The notes beneath the pieces are model-generated. The model made no database searches. It worked only from the letters and a program-made list of their open reading frames with translations, and was not told the DNA's origin. Position numbers and translations under genes: made by a program. Of a DNA stretch of 64,000 bases, positions 59,468 through 64,000 are shown in pieces; position 1 is the first letter of the stretch; each line of letters begins with the position of its first letter. Source of the DNA: an uncultured Acidobacteriota bacterium (GTDB taxonomy: Bacteria > Acidobacteriota > UBA6911 > CAINFC01); contig CAZTVS010000004.1 in NCBI GenBank assembly GCA_964617125.1, positions 12,196 through 76,195 on the forward strand, read 5' to 3'.

Positions 59468-61264
59468 ATGCAATCAATCAAAGTGAAATATGCCAACGGA
59501 GAAATGGGAGAAATCCCAATTTCTTCTGCTGAGGCGCTGGATGTACTTCGGCACAGTACGTCGCACCTCATGGCAGCGGCGGTTCAGGAGCTTTTTCCCA
59601 AGGCCCACCTGGGGATCGGACCCTCCACCGAGGACGGTTTCTATTACGATTTCGAGGTGACCGAACCCTTCTCTCAGGACGATCTGGCCAAAATCGAAAA
59701 GGTCATGCGAAAGATCGCCGGAAAGAAACTCGATTTTGAGCCGTTGCTCTGGGACAAACAGCAGGCCATCGAATACTTCCGCAGCCAGGGCGAGCGGCTC
59801 AAGGTGGAATTGATCGAAGAAAAGGCGGGCGATACGCTTTCCTGCTATCGTCTGGGCAATCTCGTTGATTTCTGCCGCGGGCCCCATGTATGCAATACGG
59901 AGATGCTGGGCCATTTCCAATTGATGACCAATGCCGCCTCCTACTGGCGCGGCGATGAGAACCGGGAGCAGCTGCAACGAATTTACGGAACCGCCTTCTT
60001 TTCCCAGGAAGAGCTGGACGCTTATCTCAAGAAACTGGAGGAGGCTCGCAAGCGCGATCACCGGAAACTGGGCAAGGAGCTGCAGCTCTTCCAGATCTTC
60101 GACATCGCCGGTCCGGGATTTGTCTACTGGCTGCCGAAAGGCACGGTGATGCGCCATGAACTGGAGAGTTTTACGCGCCAGGAACACCTGCGCCGCGGAT
60201 ACCAGTTTGTAACCATACCGCATATCGCCCGCAATACGCTGTTCAAGACTTCGGGACATTATGATTTCTTCCGGGAAAACATGTATGTGTTGGATATCGA
60301 GGAAGAAGAATATGTAATCAAGCCGATGAACTGTCCCGGCCACATTCTTATTTATAAAACGGATCTGCACAGCTATCGCGATCTGCCGATCCGGTATGCC
60401 GAGTTCGGGACGGTATATCGCTACGAAAAGTCGGGCACTCTGCATGGGACCATGCGGGTGCGCGGTTTCACCCAGGACGATGCCCACATATTCTGCACAC
60501 CGGACCAGGTCTATTCCGAGGTGCTGGGCGTCATCGATTTTGCCCAGTTCATACTGAAGACTTTCGGCTTTGAGGATTACCGTATCGAGCTTTCCGTCTG
60601 GGATCCCAGCAAGCCGGAAAACTACGCCGGGACCGCCGAAAACTGGCAGGCTGCGGAAGATGCTCTGAGGCGCGCCCTGCAGGAAAAAGGGCTGAATTAC
60701 GTTCGCAAAGAGGGAGAAGCCGCCTTCTACGGTCCCAAGATCGACATGAAGTTGATCGATGCCATCGGCCGCGAATGGCAAGCCACTACGATTCAGTTTG
60801 ACTTCAATCTGCCGGAACGGTTCGACGTCACCTATATCGGGCCCGACTCAGCCAAGCATCGTGTGATCATGATTCACCGGGCTCTTTTCGGTTCTATCGA
60901 ACGTTTCTCCGGTGTTCTGATCGAGCACTTTGCCGGGGCATTCCCGGTTTGGCTGGCCCCGGTCCAGGTCTCCCTGATCCCGATCAGCGAAAAACACCAC
61001 GAATACGCCCGCCAGGTGAGAGACCGTCTGACGGCACACGGTTTTCGAGTCTTCTTCGATGACCGCAACGAGAAAATGGGATTCAAAATCCGCGACGCCC
61101 AGGTGCAAAAGATCCCATACATGCTGGTCATGGGCGATAAGGAAGCGGCCGGCGGAGTCGTTTCCATCCGGAGCCGGGCACACGGCGATGAAGGGCAGCA
61201 GAGCCTGGAAGACTTTATAGCGAATTTGGACCGACAAGTCCGGGAACGGACGGTTTCCTCCTGA
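59468..61264 (+). CDS. thrS: Threonine--tRNA ligase
   Basis: 598 aa with class II aaRS motifs and ThrRS-specific regions (RDLPIRYAEFGTVYRYE…HGTMRVRGFTQDDAHIFC). The C-terminal anticodon-binding domain is present. The operon context thrS-infC-rpmI-rplT fits. Confidence 0.9.
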   Translation: MQSIKVKYANGEMGEIPISSAEALDVLRHSTSHLMAAAVQELFPKAHLGIGPSTEDGFYYDFEVTEPFSQDDLAKIEKVMRKIAGKKLDFEPLLWDKQQAIEYFRSQGERLKVELIEEKAGDTLSCYRLGNLVDFCRGPHVCNTEMLGHFQLMTNAASYWRGDENREQLQRIYGTAFFSQEELDAYLKKLEEARKRDHRKLGKELQLFQIFDIAGPGFVYWLPKGTVMRHELESFTRQEHLRRGYQFVTIPHIARNTLFKTSGHYDFFRENMYVLDIEEEEYVIKPMNCPGHILIYKTDLHSYRDLPIRYAEFGTVYRYEKSGTLHGTMRVRGFTQDDAHIFCTPDQVYSEVLGVIDFAQFILKTFGFEDYRIELSVWDPSKPENYAGTAENWQAAEDALRRALQEKGLNYVRKEGEAAFYGPKIDMKLIDAIGREWQATTIQFDFNLPERFDVTYIGPDSAKHRVIMIHRALFGSIERFSGVLIEHFAGAFPVWLAPVQVSLIPISEKHHEYARQVRDRLTAHGFRVFFDDRNEKMGFKIRDAQVQKIPYMLVMGDKEAAGGVVSIRSRAHGDEGQQSLEDFIANLDRQVRERTVSS

Positions 61265-61318
61265 GGAAGATAGGTCCCGGGCCAAGAGGAAAAACATTTT
61301 TTACACGGGAGGTCATCT

Positions 61319-61933
61319 ATTAAGCCGGCAAAAACTCGAATCAACGAAGAAATTCGCGCCCGATCTTTACGGGTGGTGGCCGATGATGGTTCTCAGGTCG
61401 GGATCCTGTCCAGTGAAGAAGCCCTGAAAATGGCAAAAGAGAAGGACCTGGACCTGGTGGAGGTCGCCCCGCAAGCCAATCCGCCGGTTTGCCGAATCAT
61501 GAACTTCGGCAAATACCAGTATCAGATGAGCAAGCGGTTGCATGAGGCCAAGAAGCACCAGAAACAGATCATCATGAAAGAGGTCAAGTTTCGGCCTCGA
61601 ATCGATGAACACGATTTCCAGTTCAAGAGCAACCACATCCGCCGCTTTCTGGCGGAAGGAAACAAGGCCAAGGCAACCGTGATGTTTCGGGGAAGGGAAA
61701 TGGCCCATACCGACATCGGTCACGAAATCCTGGGCCGATTGATCGAAGAACTTAAAAATGAGGCGGAAGTGGAACGGGAACCCAAACAGGAAGGGTACAC
61801 CCTTTCCACAATCCTGACGCCCAAGCGAAAACAACATCTGGAAAAGAGTGTCAAACCGGGTACGAAACCGACGGCCAAAGAGGATGGAAAAGAAGAAGGC
61901 CCGGTCAAAGGGACGCCGGCAAACCCGTCCTGA
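61319..61933 (+). CDS. infC: Translation initiation factor IF-3, apparently using a non-canonical AUU start codon
   Basis: The six-frame track starts at GTG 61373, but the conserved IF-3 N-terminus (KPAKTRINEEIRA…) is encoded in frame upstream. The reading frame is open from 61274. ATT at 61319 lies 7 nt downstream of GGGAGG (61306-61311). IF-3 from 61373 shows the PPVCRIMNFGKYQY motif. Confidence 0.7.
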   Translation: MKPAKTRINEEIRARSLRVVADDGSQVGILSSEEALKMAKEKDLDLVEVAPQANPPVCRIMNFGKYQYQMSKRLHEAKKHQKQIIMKEVKFRPRIDEHDFQFKSNHIRRFLAEGNKAKATVMFRGREMAHTDIGHEILGRLIEELKNEAEVEREPKQEGYTLSTILTPKRKQHLEKSVKPGTKPTAKEDGKEEGPVKGTPANPS

Positions 61934-62020
61934 AGATTGGATGTACGGATTGCAGGTAATTGAAACAGAAAGCAGGACAATCCTGCTTATGGAATTTATA
62001 AAGTGTAAGGAGTATCCCCT

Positions 62021-62254
62021 GTGAGAAAAGCAAAAGTAGATGCGCGTACCGGAAAAACTGCGCGCCGGCTGAAGACAAAAAGAGCCGCGGTCAAACGTTT
62101 CAAGGTTACGGCAGGCGGCAAAGTCATCCGCAGCCATAGTCATTCGCAGCACATTCTGACCAAGAAAACCTCGAAGCGCAAGCGGAAACTGGCGAAACGG
62201 GCCCTGGTCAGCGCACCGGAAGTAAAAACGGTACGGCGGATGCTGCTGGCTTAA
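62021..62254 (+). CDS. rpmI: 50S ribosomal protein L35
   Basis: GTG start 9 nt after AAGGAG. Lys/Arg-rich 77 aa with HSQHILTKKTSKRKRKL (L35 signature). Confidence 0.8.
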   Translation: MRKAKVDARTGKTARRLKTKRAAVKRFKVTAGGKVIRSHSHSQHILTKKTSKRKRKLAKRALVSAPEVKTVRRMLLA

Positions 62255-62299
62255 ATTTCTTGCATCGTCGGAACGACTCTGTAAATAACCATTTTGCCG

Positions 62300-62329
62300 C
62301 CGATCCGATAGACGCAGATCGGTTTTTTT
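62300..62329 (+). terminator. Hairpin (CCGATC…GATCGG) followed by a T7 tract between rpmI and rplT; candidate intrinsic terminator/attenuator
   Basis: ccgatccgatagacgcagatcggttttttt. The 6-bp stem and 7 T's lie 17 nt upstream of the rplT RBS. Confidence 0.4.
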
Positions 62330-62346
62330 GGATTCAGGAGTAAAGA

Positions 62347-62709
62347 ATGCCTCGCGTAAAACGTGGAAATAAACGCCTTCAAAGAAGGAAGAAGATCCTT
62401 GGGCTGGCCAAGGGTTTCGTAATGACCAAGAGCAAGCTGTATCGTGCCGCCAAGGGACAGGTGGAACGGTCTCTGGTATACAGCTACCGGGACCGGCGCA
62501 ACCGTAAACGGGACTTCCGCCGCCTGTGGATCATCCGCATCAATGCCGGAGCCAAAATCAATAATCTTTCCTACAGCCTTTTTATCCAGGGTTTGAAGCG
62601 AGCCGGGGTTCTGCTCAATCGCAAGATATTGGCAGACCTGGCCCTGCGTGATCCCAAAGCCTTTGCCTCTCTGGCCGATACCGCCAGGGGAGCTCTCTCC
62701 GCCGCCTAA
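62347..62709 (+). CDS. rplT: 50S ribosomal protein L20
   Basis: [24 protein letters not shown]… is canonical L20. AGGAG lies 7 nt upstream of the ATG. Confidence 0.92.
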   Translation: MPRVKRGNKRLQRRKKILGLAKGFVMTKSKLYRAAKGQVERSLVYSYRDRRNRKRDFRRLWIIRINAGAKINNLSYSLFIQGLKRAGVLLNRKILADLALRDPKAFASLADTARGALSAA

Positions 62710-62761
62710 CGGAGCACCGGAAATTAACGGATAATCATCATATCAGCATTCCGGTCGGGTA

Positions 62762-63781
62762 ATGAAAGAATTGACGGATTTAGAAGGGCAATTAGCCGCA
62801 GAGTACTCCAGGGTACAGGATTCTGCCTCTCTTCAGGATTTGAAAGATCGTTGGTTCAGCCGGGAGAAGGGATTGCTTTCTCTGCAGTTGCGTAAACTCG
62901 GAACTCTGGATAAGGCCCTCCGCCCCTCCTATGGCAACCGGCTGAATCAGCTGAAGGCCGAATTCAGCGAAAAGATCGAAGGCCTGCAAAAAAGCCTGCG
63001 GGAGCGGGAGGAGAAGGAGAAGCGCCTTCGCCGCCGTCAGGATGTCTATCTTCCCGGAAAACCTGCGCTGCGCGGCTTTGTCCATCCCCTGGTACAGGTC
63101 AAGGAGGAAATCGAATCAGTATTCGTGCGTATGGGTTTCACCCTTTACGATACGCCGGAAGTGGAAACCGATTTTCGTAATTTCGAGGGATTGAACATTC
63201 CCAAGGACCATCCCTCCCGGGATAGTCAGGACACCTTTTTCCTGGGCGGCGAATATCTGCTGCGCACGCACTGTACGGGAGTACAGATGCATGCCATGAA
63301 GACTATGAGTCCTCCCATGAGGGTGATCGCCACAGGCAAGGTTTATCGGCGGGACAGTCCCGATGCCACTCACTCGCCGGTTTTCCATCAATGCGACGGA
63401 TTTATCGTCGGTGAGAACATCACCCTGGGCGACCTGAAGGGTACCTTGGAAGCGGCCCTGAAAGAACTCTTTTCTCCGGATATTCAGGTACGGCTGCGCC
63501 CGAGCTACTTCCCTTTTGTCGAGCCCGGTGCGGAAGTGGATATCAGTTGTATTTTCTGTTCCGGCAAAGGATGCCGCATCTGCAAGGACAGCGGTTGGAT
63601 CGAGATTCTCGGCGCCGGAATGATCCATCCGCGAGTTTTCGAGTATGTCGGTTACGATCCGGCACGTTGGACCGGATTTGCCTGGGGAATGGGTATCGAC
63701 CGGATCGCTATCCTGAAATACGGAATCGACGACATCCGGCTGTTTTTTGAAAACGACATGCGCTTTCTTTCTCAATTCTGA
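62762..63781 (+). CDS. pheS: Phenylalanine--tRNA ligase alpha subunit
   Basis: 339 aa with class II motifs (FRPSYFPFVEPGAEVDI…GAGMIHPRV) and an N-terminal coiled-coil. Confidence 0.9.
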   Translation: MKELTDLEGQLAAEYSRVQDSASLQDLKDRWFSREKGLLSLQLRKLGTLDKALRPSYGNRLNQLKAEFSEKIEGLQKSLREREEKEKRLRRRQDVYLPGKPALRGFVHPLVQVKEEIESVFVRMGFTLYDTPEVETDFRNFEGLNIPKDHPSRDSQDTFFLGGEYLLRTHCTGVQMHAMKTMSPPMRVIATGKVYRRDSPDATHSPVFHQCDGFIVGENITLGDLKGTLEAALKELFSPDIQVRLRPSYFPFVEPGAEVDISCIFCSGKGCRICKDSGWIEILGAGMIHPRVFEYVGYDPARWTGFAWGMGIDRIAILKYGIDDIRLFFENDMRFLSQF

Positions 63782-63789
63782 GACCCGCC

Positions 63790-64000
63790 GTGAAAATTTT
63801 ATACTCCTGGCTTAAAGAATATGTTGCGGTTGCAGCCTCTCCCCGGCAGCTGGCCCGCGATTTGACGGATGTCGGATTTCCCCTGGAAAAGATCGAAGAA
63901 CCGGCAGGGGATGCTATTCTCGATATCGACGTCACCTCCAACCGCGGGGATTGTCTCTGCCATCTTGGCATGGCCCGGGAAGCGGCCGCCATCTACGGAC
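63790..64000 (+). CDS. pheT: Phenylalanine--tRNA ligase beta subunit, 5' partial (runs off window end)
   Basis: GTG at 63790 lies 9 nt after the pheS stop. The translation VKILYSWLKEYVAVAASPRQLARDLTDVGFPLEKIEE… matches the PheT N-terminus (MKFSYSWLKEY…). Confidence 0.75.
   Translation, partial: MKILYSWLKEYVAVAASPRQLARDLTDVGFPLEKIEEPAGDAILDIDVTSNRGDCLCHLGMAREAAAIYG

Overview
This is a GC-rich bacterial chromosomal window of about 50 predicted genes on both strands. Several products carry Tat-type signal peptides. A guess that the organism is a PVC-type, glycan-degrading bacterium is inference only. All domain and family names below were recognised by eye from the translations, not from a database search.

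- **Possible conflict/defence module (1–9.6 kb).** A 499-aa protein with a DUF4062-like N-terminus, a Schlafen/AlbA_2-like domain, a HATPase_c_4-like domain and a C-terminal HTH also contains a perfect 12-bp x5 tandem repeat encoding (TPEV)5. It is followed 45 nt downstream by a 2112-aa giant protein with an N-terminal PD-(D/E)XK-like (DUF4365-like) module fused to a very long TPR/alpha-solenoid. The first ~1.1 kb of the giant ORF is distinctly AT-rich compared with the rest. An esterase-like lipoprotein sits immediately downstream. I regard this as the most likely undescribed system in the window.
- **Lower-GC sugar/polyol island (12.1–18.2 kb).** A glycoside hydrolase gene at 9.9–12.0 kb on the opposite strand precedes a sugar ABC transporter (binding protein, ATPase, permease), a Zn-dependent alcohol dehydrogenase and a mannitol-dehydrogenase-family enzyme; the transporter and dehydrogenase genes form the lower-GC island.
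- **TetR-headed operon (18.3–24.8 kb).** Five genes on the minus strand are joined by ATGA start/stop overlaps. They encode a glycosyltransferase, a YedP/MpgP-type HAD phosphatase, a second glycosyltransferase, an MscS-like TM-helix protein and a DUF389 membrane protein. This looks like a compatible-solute (glycosyl-glycerate-type) module.
- **Signalling genes.** The window holds an HDOD–histidine kinase–REC hybrid, a 1500-aa multi-domain hybrid sensor kinase with Hpt, and a PleD-like REC-GGDEF regulator.
- **Sulfated-glycan region (28–50 kb).** It contains a GNAT acetyltransferase, a polysaccharide deacetylase and two GT2 genes. It also carries a Tat-secreted GH-like protein, a sulfatase with a CTPSR motif, a split transketolase pair and a sulfotransferase. 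Further genes encode an NAD-epimerase, a heparinase II/III-like protein, a class-III aminotransferase, a tandem amidohydrolase fusion, an SSS symporter, a CN-hydrolase and a BNR sialidase-like protein.
- **Housekeeping block (56–64 kb).** The genes are ruvX, mltG and ctpA, then tRNA-Val(GAC), thrS, infC (which appears to use an AUU start) and rpmI. After a hairpin with a T7 tract between rpmI and rplT come rplT, pheS and the start of pheT.
- **Dispersed repeats.** Two unrelated families of short GC-rich palindromic repeats occur in intergenic regions.
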